A DNA stretch of 64,000 nucleotides from positions 32,001-96,000 of the forward strand of contig BTVV01000005.1 in assembly GCA_045863855.1 (NCBI GenBank). Direction: 5' to 3'. The first letter of the stretch is position 1, and the number at the start of each line of letters is the position of its first letter. Below the pieces are notes generated by a model. It made no database searches. It saw only the letters and a program-made list of their open reading frames with translations, and was not told where the DNA came from. Positions 37,519 to 46,648 of this stretch are shown piece after piece. Both the position numbers and the translations under genes were made by a program. The stretch is from Planctomycetota bacterium (GTDB taxonomy: Bacteria; Planctomycetota; SZUA-567; H5-PLA8).

Positions 37519-37887
37519 ATGGGCGATATCCATAAACTCGGCCCTAAGGGCGAAGCGCACGCCGTCCAATTGCTCGAGAAGCGCGGGCACCGCGTGCTCG
37601 AGCGCAACTTTGCCTGCCCGCCGGGCGAACTCGACCTCGTCACCTGGCATCGCGACACGCTCGTCTTCGTCGAAGTCCGCGCGCGCAGCCTCGACGACCC
37701 GGCGCATCCGGCCGAGACGGTCACGCCGGCCAAGCAGCGCAAGGTGATCCGCGCGGCGCAGTGGTATCTGGCCAAGCGCACGAAAGGCCAAGCCCCGCCG
37801 CCGTGCCGCTTCGATGTCGTCTGGCTGCGCGCGCGCGGCGAGACCATCGTCGAAGCCGGCGTGATCGAAGGCGCGTTCACGCTATAG
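37519..37887 (+). CDS. yraN: YraN/UPF0102 family nuclease-like protein
   Basis: LGPKGEAHA...LERNF...GELDLV...LVFVEVRAR...CRFDVV. Confidence 0.92.
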   Translation: MGDIHKLGPKGEAHAVQLLEKRGHRVLERNFACPPGELDLVTWHRDTLVFVEVRARSLDDPAHPAETVTPAKQRKVIRAAQWYLAKRTKGQAPPPCRFDVVWLRARGETIVEAGVIEGAFTL

Positions 37888-38011
37888 CATGCGGGCCGTT
37901 CCCTCGATTCCTGCTGGACAATTCGCCGCGGGTGCCTACTTGTAGGCGCATTGCAATTCGCGCGTTGTCAGCCGCCCGGACTGACAGGATGGGCAATCAA
38001 GGAGGGGGCTT

Positions 38012-38962
38012 GTGGCCGTCGATATTCTCTGCGTCGGAATCGTGGTGGTGGATGCCGTGGGCTTGTACGTCGACGAGTGGCCGCGCGAAGGCAGCCTGCT
38101 GCTCTTCGACCGCGTCGAGCAGCACATCGGCGGCTGCCCGGCGAATACCGCCTTGGGTCTCGCCAAGCTGGGGATCCGCACGGGGCTGGTGGCGAAGGTG
38201 GCCGATGACGGGCTGGGCGCGTTCGTGAAGGAGCAGATGCGCCGGCACGGCGTGGACGTGCGCGGGCTCAAGACCGAGCACGGGCCGACCTCGACTTCGT
38301 ACTCCTTCATCATGCTTCCGCGCAGCGGCGACCGGCGCATCTACCACACGCTGGGCTGCAACGGGACGTTCGCTCCGAAAGACGTGGACACGAAACTCTT
38401 CAAGGGCCCGAAGTGGGTGGCCTTCGAGGGGCTCTCGCTGATGCCGCGGCTTTTTGGGGCGAACCTCGCCAAACTGCTCAAAGCCGCGCGCAAAGCCGGC
38501 GCGCGCACCGCGGGCGATACGGCGCTGAACAGCAAGCTTGAGGATTGGCGTCCGGTTTTCGCGGGCTGCTGGGAGCACTTCGACGTCTTCTTTCCCAGCG
38601 AAGAAGAGGCGCACCGCATCACGGGGCCGCTGAAGCCGCGCGAAGTCTGCCGCTGGTTCCGCGACCGCGGCGTGAAGATCGCCGGTGTGAAGTTGGGCTC
38701 GCGCGGCTGCGCCGTCGAGACCGACGACGGTTACGAGGAGGTGCCCGCCTACAAGGTGAAGTGCGTGGACACCACCGGCGCGGGCGATGCGTTCATGGCC
38801 GGATTCCTGACCGGAATGCTGAAAGGGCTGCATCCCGTCGAAGCCGCGCGGCTGGGCAGCGCGACCAGCGCACATTGCGTACAAGCCGTCGGCGCGACGA
38901 CCGGCATCCCCAAGCTGAATCGCGTGCAGGCGTTCCAGAAGCGTGCGAAGCCGTTGCGGTAG
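38012..38962 (+). CDS. PfkB family carbohydrate kinase
   Basis: GGCPANTA, VKLGSRGC, VDTTGAGDAFMAG. Confidence 0.93.
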   Translation: MAVDILCVGIVVVDAVGLYVDEWPREGSLLLFDRVEQHIGGCPANTALGLAKLGIRTGLVAKVADDGLGAFVKEQMRRHGVDVRGLKTEHGPTSTSYSFIMLPRSGDRRIYHTLGCNGTFAPKDVDTKLFKGPKWVAFEGLSLMPRLFGANLAKLLKAARKAGARTAGDTALNSKLEDWRPVFAGCWEHFDVFFPSEEEAHRITGPLKPREVCRWFRDRGVKIAGVKLGSRGCAVETDDGYEEVPAYKVKCVDTTGAGDAFMAGFLTGMLKGLHPVEAARLGSATSAHCVQAVGATTGIPKLNRVQAFQKRAKPLR

Positions 38963-38991
38963 CCCAGGCTTCCCGAGGCTTTCGGAAACCG

Positions 38992-39024
38992 CTCTCACCC
39001 GTCCCTTTCCCATAGGGAGAGTGA
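38992..39024. repeat. REP-like intergenic palindrome
   Basis: CTCTCACCCGTCCCTTTCCCATAGGGAGAGTGA resembles CCCTCACCC..CCCTCTCCC-N-GGGAGAG type REP hairpins; only one copy seen. Confidence 0.4.
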
Positions 39025-39203
39025 AAAAGTTCAACGGATGCTTTAACAGGCCCCCGCGGATGTGAACAGGCCATGCCCGGCGGGGGAAGCGCGCGGGCGT
39101 GCGACGTTTGACTCCGGTTCATGCCTATCTCTGCGTGCTCTGCGCCGCCGTGGCTCACTCGACCGATCTTGGACGCCCGCCGCGCCCGCGCTACGCTACG
39201 GAC

Positions 39204-40013
39204 ATGCAACTGTTCGATACCCACTGCCACGTCAGCTACGAAGACTTCGACGCCGACCGCGACGAGGTGCTGCGCCGCGCGCGCGAATCGGGTGTCGCGG
39301 GGATATTGAACGTCGGCACCGATCCGGACTGGTGGGGACGGTATCTCGACTTGGCGCGAACGCCGCGTCCCGAATGGCCGGACGTGAAGGTTGCGCTTGG
39401 CTTTCACCCCAACTACGCGAACACCTTTACGTCCGATACACTGAGCGCTCTGCGCCGGCTGTTCGAGACGCATCCCGGCGTGGCCGTGGCCGTGGGCGAA
39501 ACGGGGCTCGACACGTTCCGTGACTACTGCCCGTTCGAAGTGCAGGAAGCCGCGTTTCAGGCGCAGCTCGATCTGGCCGCCGAACTCGACCTCCCGTTTA
39601 TCCTGCACTGCCGCAACGAAGAGCGCCGCATGCTCGACCGACTGGCCGCTCACGCCGACCGTCTGGCCCGGCCGCTGCGCGGCGTCTGGCACTGCTTCAC
39701 GGCGAGCGAGGCGTACATGCGCGAAGCCGTGGCGCTGGGCCTGTTCCTGGGGATCGGCGGCGTGGCCACCTACCCGAAGGCCGAGGAAGTTCGCGCCGCC
39801 GTCCGCGCCGCGCCGCGCGATCGCATGATACTAGAGACCGACGCGCCGTATCTGGCGCCGCAGAAGAAGCGCGGCAAGCGCAACGAGCCCGCGTACGTCG
39901 CGCAGACCTGCGAGCGCGTCGCGCAGGAACTGGGAATGAGCGCACATGCCTTGGCCGAGTTGACTTCCGAAAATGCGCGCCGTCTTTTTTCAACCTGGCC
40001 CGCTTCGCGATGA
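39204..40013 (+). CDS. tatD: TatD family hydrolase
   Basis: FDTHCH, GFHP, AVGETGLD, ILHCR, WHCF, LETDAPYLAP, GKRNEP. Confidence 0.95.
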   Translation: MQLFDTHCHVSYEDFDADRDEVLRRARESGVAGILNVGTDPDWWGRYLDLARTPRPEWPDVKVALGFHPNYANTFTSDTLSALRRLFETHPGVAVAVGETGLDTFRDYCPFEVQEAAFQAQLDLAAELDLPFILHCRNEERRMLDRLAAHADRLARPLRGVWHCFTASEAYMREAVALGLFLGIGGVATYPKAEEVRAAVRAAPRDRMILETDAPYLAPQKKRGKRNEPAYVAQTCERVAQELGMSAHALAELTSENARRLFSTWPASR

Positions 40014-40080
40014 TAATTCAAGGAATGGCCGTTCTCCGTGTACTCTGTGCTCTGTGGAAAATGAACGCTGGAGGCCACCC

Positions 40081-40923
40081 ATGCAATTCGGCGACTACGA
40101 AGTGCTCTTTCTCTCCGACGGCACCTTCAAGCTCGACGGCGGCGCGATGTTCGGGATCGTCCCCAAACCGCTGTGGCAGAAGGAGGCGCCCACCGACGAG
40201 CGCAATCGCATGGTGCTGCGCTGCAACTGCCCGCTGATCCGGACGCCGAAGGGCGAGAATATCCTGGTCGACTGCGGCCTGGGGCGGAAGTGGACCGAAA
40301 AGCAACGCGAGATTTACGCCATCGACGAACGGCACGATCTTCTCGGCGACCTGGCCGCCCACGGACTCAAGCCCGGCGACATCACCACTCTGTTCCATAC
40401 GCATCTGCACCTCGACCATTGCGGCTGGAACACACGGCTGAACGAAAAGGGGGAGCCCGAAGAAGTCTTCGTCAACGCACGGCATCTGGTCGAACGCAGC
40501 GAACTGGGGCCGGCGCGGAAGCCCAACGAGATCCAGCGCGGGACGTATCTCTCGCCTAACATCGAGCCCCTGGACCGCGCGGGACGCTTCGAGGTCTTCG
40601 ATCGGCGCCTCGAACTGGCGCCGGGCCTGACGCTCGAACGGACCGGCGGGCACACGGTCGGGCACACCATCTTCAGGCTCGAGTCGGGCGGACAGAAAGC
40701 GATCTTCTTCGGCGAGATGATGCCCACCGTCGCGCATCGGCATCTGCCGTGGGTGATGGCGTACGATCTGTTCCCGCTGGAGACGCTGGAGGCGAAGCGC
40801 GCGCTCTTCAAGGAAGCATTGAGCGACCGCGCGCTGGTGCTGCTCGACCACGACCCCAACCACTTCGCGGTGAAACTCAAGGAGGGCGAAAAGGGGAAGC
40901 TGGAGTACGAACCGGTGGCCTGA
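40081..40923 (+). CDS. MBL-fold metallo-hydrolase (YtnP-like)
   Basis: LDGGAMFGIVPKPLW, THLHLDHCG, GGHTVGH, WVMAYD, HDP. Confidence 0.92.
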   Translation: MQFGDYEVLFLSDGTFKLDGGAMFGIVPKPLWQKEAPTDERNRMVLRCNCPLIRTPKGENILVDCGLGRKWTEKQREIYAIDERHDLLGDLAAHGLKPGDITTLFHTHLHLDHCGWNTRLNEKGEPEEVFVNARHLVERSELGPARKPNEIQRGTYLSPNIEPLDRAGRFEVFDRRLELAPGLTLERTGGHTVGHTIFRLESGGQKAIFFGEMMPTVAHRHLPWVMAYDLFPLETLEAKRALFKEALSDRALVLLDHDPNHFAVKLKEGEKGKLEYEPVA

Positions 40924-41070
40924 GCCCGGCGCTGATTTTAGATGTTGAATTGAATGCGGAGGAATTTCCTGGCACGCGTGCCGCGCTGAGCGAACGCCAC
41001 AGCCGTTTGTAGCTTACAGTTTGTTCGGTTCTTGCCGATTGCAGTATGACCTAGGCCCGCATGACCTACC

Positions 41071-42027
41071 CTACTCTTCTTCGACCACGTCCGGCGTCTT
41101 CTTCTCGGGTCGGGCGGGCGGTGCCGCGGTTTTGCCTTCTTCGCCCTTGGGGCCCAGACCGGGAATATCGACTTTGCCGGCCTTGGGGTCTTTCTCTTCT
41201 TCTTCGGTCTTCTTGGCGACAGCGACGTGCTTGGGGTTGGCTTGCATGGTTCGTTTGGCCGCGGCGGCAAAATCGGTGGCCAGCGGCTTCTGCGCCTTGG
41301 TGCTCCACGCCCCCATGGGCTTTCCGTCGCTCGTCATCAGGTACAGCGCCGCACCGCCCTTGGCCGGCTCCAGCAGCGCCGCCGGCCAGTTCGGATCGTC
41401 GGATTTGGTCAGGACGAACGAGAAACCGTCGACGGCCGGCTTGACGATCGGGTCTTCGAAGATCATCGTCTCGTAATACAGCGCGGTGGGGTTGTTGTGA
41501 TCCAGCGCGGCGTCGTAGATATACAGCACGACCGGCTTGCCGGATTCCTTCAGGTCCATGGGCTTCATCGAAAGCCACGGGAAGACGCGGAAGGTGCCGG
41601 GGCGGATGCCGGGGAATTCGATGTTGGCCATGGCGATGACGCCGGGATGGCAGGCGAGTTTACCGTCGCCTTGGCTGGGTACGAGGCCAGGCGGCAGTTT
41701 GGCGGTGATGTAGACGAAGTCGCGCACGACGTAGGCTTTTGCGCCGAGTTCCTTGGCCAGCTTATCGACTCCGTCGAGGAGCGGCGAACCGCCAAAGTCG
41801 ATGGTGGCCGCCTTCTTGGCGATCGCCGAATCGATGCCGACTTTCCCGCCCAACTGTTCGTTGAACGTTTTGACGTAATCTTTGGCCGCAGATCCGGCGA
41901 GCCCGAAGTTCAGCGGTTTGGAAAGCATTTTGGCCTTCACGTCGGCCGGCAACGAGCCTTCCAGACCCCACGCGCCATACGCGCTCAGAGTCAGCATCGC
42001 CGCCCAGCCCCATGTTCCGCGCGCCAT
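41071..42027 (-). CDS. Exported protein: STN-like N-domain + thioredoxin-like C-domain without CxxC
   Basis: Signal peptide; KVGIDSAI...LAKELGAKAYVVRDFVYIT; GKPVVLYIYD...YYETMIFED; paralog of the upstream gene. Confidence 0.65.
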   Translation of the reverse strand: MARGTWGWAAMLTLSAYGAWGLEGSLPADVKAKMLSKPLNFGLAGSAAKDYVKTFNEQLGGKVGIDSAIAKKAATIDFGGSPLLDGVDKLAKELGAKAYVVRDFVYITAKLPPGLVPSQGDGKLACHPGVIAMANIEFPGIRPGTFRVFPWLSMKPMDLKESGKPVVLYIYDAALDHNNPTALYYETMIFEDPIVKPAVDGFSFVLTKSDDPNWPAALLEPAKGGAALYLMTSDGKPMGAWSTKAQKPLATDFAAAAKRTMQANPKHVAVAKKTEEEEKDPKAGKVDIPGLGPKGEEGKTAAPPARPEKKTPDVVEEE

Positions 42028-42056
42028 TTTCGCCTCGCTTTCCCGCCCCTGCCCCA

Positions 42057-43067
42057 TCAAGGCTTGGTGCCCTTGGCCTCATCGTCGATCTTCTTGAGCG
42101 CCACGGCGTTCGCTTTCGTGACCTGCTCCACGTTCGAGACGAATGTCTTGACCGAAGGCTTCGAGACCCCGCGGCTCCAGGTGAAGCAGGGCGTGCCGTC
42201 GCAGGTCAGCAGCACCACCGCCACCCCGCCCTGTGCCAGCGAGGTGAAGACGTCCGGCCAGAGCCGGCTGTCCTTGGGCAGCTTGACCGGGGTAAAGCCC
42301 TGCAGCGCGAACTTCGTCGCGCCGTCGGCGAAGATCTGGGTCTCGTAGAATTGCGCCAAGTAGTTGTTGAGCTTCGGATCGTTGTCGTAGACGTAGAGCA
42401 GGATCGGCTTGCGCAGCTTCTTGCAAGCCTCGAAGTCCAGCGTCTGCCAGGCATACGTTCGATCGCTGCCCGCGTTGTAGCGGACCGGATCGTTGGGGTT
42501 GTTGCCGCCTTGACCGCCGCCGGGGCCATTCCCGCCCGGCCCCCCAGGCCCGCCGGGGCCGCCCATGCCGCCGCCGTCCCCGCCATTGCCCCCGTTGCCT
42601 CCGTTGCCCCCGTTACCGGCGCCACCGGGACCGTTTCCACCCGGATTGTTTCCGCCAGGTCCCGCGGGTCCGGCCGGGACCGAAGGGGGCGGTGGGACAG
42701 CCTCCGGAAGCGGAGCGACGCCGTCGGGTTTGTTGACCGAGATGTACACGCCGTTGCCGAGCGCCCAAGCCTTGGCGCCGACCGACTTCGCCAAGTTGTC
42801 GGCGATCTGGGCGCACTGCAGCGTATCGGCTTTGAAGTCTTTGATGCTCATCGCCGCCAGCACCGGATCGATCTGCACCGTCATCACACCGAACTTGCTG
42901 ACCTCTTTCGCCAAGTCGCCGGCCTTGACGTTGAGCATGTGAATGCTCCACACCGTGGAGTTGTTTCGTTCCAGAACGGGGCCGGGCAACGTGCCTTCGA
43001 CGCACCACGCGCCGGAAGCCGCGGCAAGCACGGTCGAGAGCAAGGCTAAACGATGCAGGCAATACAT
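42057..43067 (-). CDS. Exported protein: STN-like N-domain, Gly/Pro/Asn linker, thioredoxin-like C-domain
   Basis: GGAGG RBS before ATG 43067; VQIDPVL...LAKSVGAKAWALGNGVYIS; RKPILLYVYD...FYETQIFAD. Confidence 0.65.
   Translation of the reverse strand: MYCLHRLALLSTVLAAASGAWCVEGTLPGPVLERNNSTVWSIHMLNVKAGDLAKEVSKFGVMTVQIDPVLAAMSIKDFKADTLQCAQIADNLAKSVGAKAWALGNGVYISVNKPDGVAPLPEAVPPPPSVPAGPAGPGGNNPGGNGPGGAGNGGNGGNGGNGGDGGGMGGPGGPGGPGGNGPGGGQGGNNPNDPVRYNAGSDRTYAWQTLDFEACKKLRKPILLYVYDNDPKLNNYLAQFYETQIFADGATKFALQGFTPVKLPKDSRLWPDVFTSLAQGGVAVVLLTCDGTPCFTWSRGVSKPSVKTFVSNVEQVTKANAVALKKIDDEAKGTKP
42488..42700 (-). repeat. Low-complexity 9-nt-period coding repeat (GGN/GGP)
   Basis: Encodes PGGNNPGGNGPGGAGNGGNGGNGGNGGDGGGMGGPGGPGGPGG. 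Confidence 0.8.
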
Positions 43068-43268
43068 AGCCGGAACCTCCTGGTTCAAGACGAATCCGGC
43101 ACTAAGTCGATTCAGCGTAGCGGCAGACTGCCTCTTTCGGAAAGGAAGTGTAACGGCTAACTCCGATTCGGACGGGCCTTTCCAGCAATATAGGCGCATA
43201 AATCGGCTGCGGGCGCGGAAGTCTGCGTCTGCAAGCCAATGCGCATGTGCAGCACACGTGTGTTGCGT

Positions 43269-44120
43269 TTACTTTTTGGTGATCAAGAGCGAGCCATTTG
43301 TAAAAGTCAGCTTCGCCTCGGCCAGTTTGCAGATCCATTCCAGCGCCAGATCGAGGGACATGTCGGTCACGCGCAGGCAGATCGGCGAATCCTTAATCTC
43401 CCGGTCCACTACGACCCCGACTTGGATCAGATTGCCGACAAACGCGCCCGCATCCTCAAGTGGCGTGTCCACGAACTCGAAGGAGACCTTGCGTTGCAGC
43501 TTACGCCTCACCGCGGCAGGAATCCGGCCGTTCACCGCCTGGGGATCCAGTTCCTCGATCAAATGCTCAAGCCGCGCGCGCACCTCGGCATCCAGGCTCG
43601 CCTTGTGCGCTTCGCGCAGGTGCGGGAGCGTCCCGGCACCCAGCTTCTTGATGGTTTCCAATCCCGCTTCGCGGTCGGCAAAATCTTCGGCTCCGAGCTT
43701 GCCCAGCGCGCCTTTCAGGGCATCGCGCTGGGCCGCGTCGAGTTCCGGGAGCGGCGCGGGGGCCGGCGCGGCGGGCTCCGGTTTTTCCGGAAGCCGAAAC
43801 AGTAGCGCCTGATCTTTCCAAACCATTTCCAGTTTGGATTGCCGCGCGATTTCCTTGAACGCATCGCGCACGGTCAGATCCTGGGCTTTAAGCGTAATCG
43901 GTTCGGTGGCGCCTTTGAGCGCCTTGGGATCGATAATTACGTTGACCTTCAGGAGGCTTTGCAGAAATGCGAGCGCCTCGGAAACCGGCGTCTCCGCAAA
44001 TTCAAAGCTGACGCGCTTATCCATACCCGGCGGTTCGGCGGCTTCTTCGCTCCAGCCGCAAAGTGCGAGACTCCAACAACAGAGGCCCATCCACCACAGG
44101 GCCGGCCGCGGTATACGCAT
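43269..44120 (-). CDS. Exported protein with two STN/secretin-N0-like domains flanking a HEAT-like module
   Basis: KRVSFEFAETPVSEAL...IIDP...PITLK and RKVSFEFVDTPLEDA...VVDR...PICLR; middle LGAEDFADREAG...LDAEVRARL. Confidence 0.75.
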   Translation of the reverse strand: MRIPRPALWWMGLCCWSLALCGWSEEAAEPPGMDKRVSFEFAETPVSEALAFLQSLLKVNVIIDPKALKGATEPITLKAQDLTVRDAFKEIARQSKLEMVWKDQALLFRLPEKPEPAAPAPAPLPELDAAQRDALKGALGKLGAEDFADREAGLETIKKLGAGTLPHLREAHKASLDAEVRARLEHLIEELDPQAVNGRIPAAVRRKLQRKVSFEFVDTPLEDAGAFVGNLIQVGVVVDREIKDSPICLRVTDMSLDLALEWICKLAEAKLTFTNGSLLITKK

Positions 44121-44302
44121 GGTTCGCTCCTCGTACCGTCACCAAGGACGCCGGCTCAAGCCACTCCGTGACGGGCCTTCCGTCGCCGAACGGGAGAAAA
44201 TTGCGGCCTTGGATATCGACTAGAGTACGCGCCGCGCCGCACGGGGTTACAGCGAAGCGGGAAAACCATAGAGATTGGATGCGGGGCCAAAGCCGCAGAG
44301 GA

Positions 44303-45952
44303 TCAGTCGCCTTCGCGGAAGCGCTGCGCGATGGGCATGCGCCGCCCGCAGCCGAAGGCCTTGATCGTCACGCGCAGGCCGGGAGCGGCCTGTCGGCGCT
44401 TGTACTCGTTGAAGTCCACCAGCCGGATCACGCGCCGCACGGTCTCGAATTCGAAGCCCAGCGCGACGATCTGCTCGAGGCTCTTGTGTTCCTCGATGAA
44501 GGCTTTGAGGATGCCGTCGAGAATCTCGTAGGGCGGGAGGCTGTCCTGGTCGGTCTGGTTGGGGCGCAGTTCGGCCGAGGGCGCTTTGACGATGGAGCGT
44601 TCGGGAATGGGCGGCTTGTCGGGCCTGACCGCGTTGAGATGCCGGGCCAGTTTGTAGACGGTCGTCTTGTACAGGTCGCTGATCGCGGCAAGCCCGCCGC
44701 ACATGTCGCCGTAGAGCGTGCAGTAGCCGGTGGCCAGTTCGCTCTTGTTGCCCGTCGTGAGCAGCAGGTGTCCCAGCTTGTTGGAGAGAGCCATCATGTA
44801 GACGCCGCGGATGCGCGCCTGCATGTTCTCTTCGGTGACGTCTTCGGGGCGGCCTTCGAAGACCGGCGCCAGGTTGCGCTTGAAGCACTCGAACGGCTCG
44901 GCGATGGAGACGACGTGAAAGGCGATGCCGAGGCGCTCGGCGATTTCCTTGGCGTCCTCGAGGCTCTCCGGGCTGTTGAACGGGCCGGGCATGGCGACGC
45001 CGATGACGTTGTCGGGCCCGTAGGCTTCCGCGGCGAGCGCGGCCATCAAGGCGGAGTCGATCCCGCCGCTGAGTCCCAGCACGGCGCCATCGAAACCGCA
45101 CTTATTGGCGTAATCACGCATGCCCATGACGAGCGCCGCGTGCAGCTCTTCCTCGTCGGAGAGGCGCGCGGTGGCTTCGCCTTCGTAGGTTTCGAGGTCA
45201 AGAAGCGTGACGCCTTCCTGGAAAGCCGGCCCGCGCGCGCAGAGTTTGCCGCGGTCGTCGAAGCCCATGGAGCGCCCGTCGAAAAGCAGTTCGTCGTTTC
45301 CGCCCACCTGGTTGCAGTACAGAATCGGGACGCGGTGCTTGCGCGAGAGGCTGGAGAGCATCGCTTCCTTCACCGACTGCTTACCGATGTTGTAGGGACT
45401 GGCCGAAATGTTGACGATGAGGTCGGCGCCCTGCTGGACGAGTTCTTCGATCGGATCGCGGTCGTAGAGCCGGCGCTGCCAAAAGTCTTTATCGTTCCAG
45501 GCGTCCTCGCAGACGCTCAGGCCCAGGCGGACGCCTTTGAAATCGACACAGGTGGGCGATTCGCCGGCCTGAAAATAGCGTGCTTCGTCAAAGACGTCGT
45601 AGGTCGGAAGCAAAACCTTTCGGCCGATGGCGAGGAACTCGCCTTCGACCAGGAGCCCGACGCTGTTGTAACGCTGGTGGCCGACGCCGTCGTAGCGCCG
45701 CGAGATGAAACCGAGGATGCAGGGCAGCCCCTTGAGCGCGTGCTTGAGCTTGTCGAGCGCGCGGTCCTGGGCGTCGAGAAAAGCTTGCTTCTCGAGCAAA
45801 TCTTTGGGCGGATAGCCGGTGAGGCAGAGTTCCGGAAAGATGGTGAGTTCGGCGCCCTGCGACCGTGCTTCGACGGCGGCGCGGACGATCTTCTGCGCTG
45901 TGCCGGCGAAATCGCCGATGGTGGGATCGATCTGGGCCAGGGCGACCTTCAT
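44303..45952 (-). CDS. nadE: Glutamine-dependent NAD+ synthetase
   Basis: MKVALAQI, FPELCLTGYPPKDL, LPTYDVFDE, CEDAW, GLSGGIDS, ENMQARIRG, TGNKSE, YKRRQAAPG. Confidence 0.97.
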   Translation of the reverse strand: MKVALAQIDPTIGDFAGTAQKIVRAAVEARSQGAELTIFPELCLTGYPPKDLLEKQAFLDAQDRALDKLKHALKGLPCILGFISRRYDGVGHQRYNSVGLLVEGEFLAIGRKVLLPTYDVFDEARYFQAGESPTCVDFKGVRLGLSVCEDAWNDKDFWQRRLYDRDPIEELVQQGADLIVNISASPYNIGKQSVKEAMLSSLSRKHRVPILYCNQVGGNDELLFDGRSMGFDDRGKLCARGPAFQEGVTLLDLETYEGEATARLSDEEELHAALVMGMRDYANKCGFDGAVLGLSGGIDSALMAALAAEAYGPDNVIGVAMPGPFNSPESLEDAKEIAERLGIAFHVVSIAEPFECFKRNLAPVFEGRPEDVTEENMQARIRGVYMMALSNKLGHLLLTTGNKSELATGYCTLYGDMCGGLAAISDLYKTTVYKLARHLNAVRPDKPPIPERSIVKAPSAELRPNQTDQDSLPPYEILDGILKAFIEEHKSLEQIVALGFEFETVRRVIRLVDFNEYKRRQAAPGLRVTIKAFGCGRRMPIAQRFREGD

Positions 45953-46626
45953 GACGCGGGCCTCTCGAGCCGTGCCTGCTTCTTCGTCCACTCCGCCATG
46001 CGCTGCAAGACCTCTTCGGTCTTGGCGAAGCGCACGCCGCGCCGGGCCAGTTGGCCCTTGACCTCAGGCACTCGGTTATCGTCCAGCGTGGCCGAGGCGT
46101 CCTCGATCACGGTGACTTCCAGCATCTGCGTTCGGGCGCTCAGGGCGGACTGGCACAGATCGTACTCGAAGAGCGCGCCGTACAATATCAGTTCCCGCGC
46201 ACCGAAGCTGCGCATGATCTCCCGCGCGGCCGGGTTCTCGAACAGATCGAAACCCTGCTTCTCAAGGATCAACTGGCCGGCGTGCTCGAGCAGTTCCCCG
46301 ATTTTAGGCCACGGATTGCGCCTGCCGTGCGCCGGAATGATGGGCGCGTGCCGCCGGGAGGCCTCCACGAGCTTGCGCTGCCCCGGCGTACCGGCCAACG
46401 CATGCGGCGGCAGGCCTTGGGCCGCAAATTCAGCATCGCCCGGTTCGTGGCGGTCGCACGCCGAGACCGTAGGAAACGCGTGCCGCTGAAGATCCTTATG
46501 CAGCACGCCGATCTGGGCACGGATGCGTTCGCGCTGCGTCACCGGCACCACGGCCTCGTATCCGAGAAAGTCCTCGAGGACGTTCACGTCCAGGAGCAGG
46601 AAGGGCGCGGTGCGCGTGGCTGGCAT
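45949..46626 (-). CDS. Isochorismatase/nicotinamidase (PncA)-like protein with atypical active site
   Basis: LDVNVLEDF, DRH...EF...PPHALAGTPG, EKQGFDLF, YGALFEYDL, VIEDA; ATGA-coupled to nadE. Confidence 0.75.
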   Translation of the reverse strand: MPATRTAPFLLLDVNVLEDFLGYEAVVPVTQRERIRAQIGVLHKDLQRHAFPTVSACDRHEPGDAEFAAQGLPPHALAGTPGQRKLVEASRRHAPIIPAHGRRNPWPKIGELLEHAGQLILEKQGFDLFENPAAREIMRSFGARELILYGALFEYDLCQSALSARTQMLEVTVIEDASATLDDNRVPEVKGQLARRGVRFAKTEEVLQRMAEWTKKQARLERPAS

Positions 46627-46648
46627 GGCGTGATCTGCCCGAAGGCGG

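Noticed and set aside
44063..46489. 808-aa plus-strand ORF and similar long antisense ORFs (e.g. 1575-3278, 27467-29239, 30005-31684, 36121-37791)
   Set aside because: Shadow ORFs opposite well-supported genes, expected at high GC; no motifs
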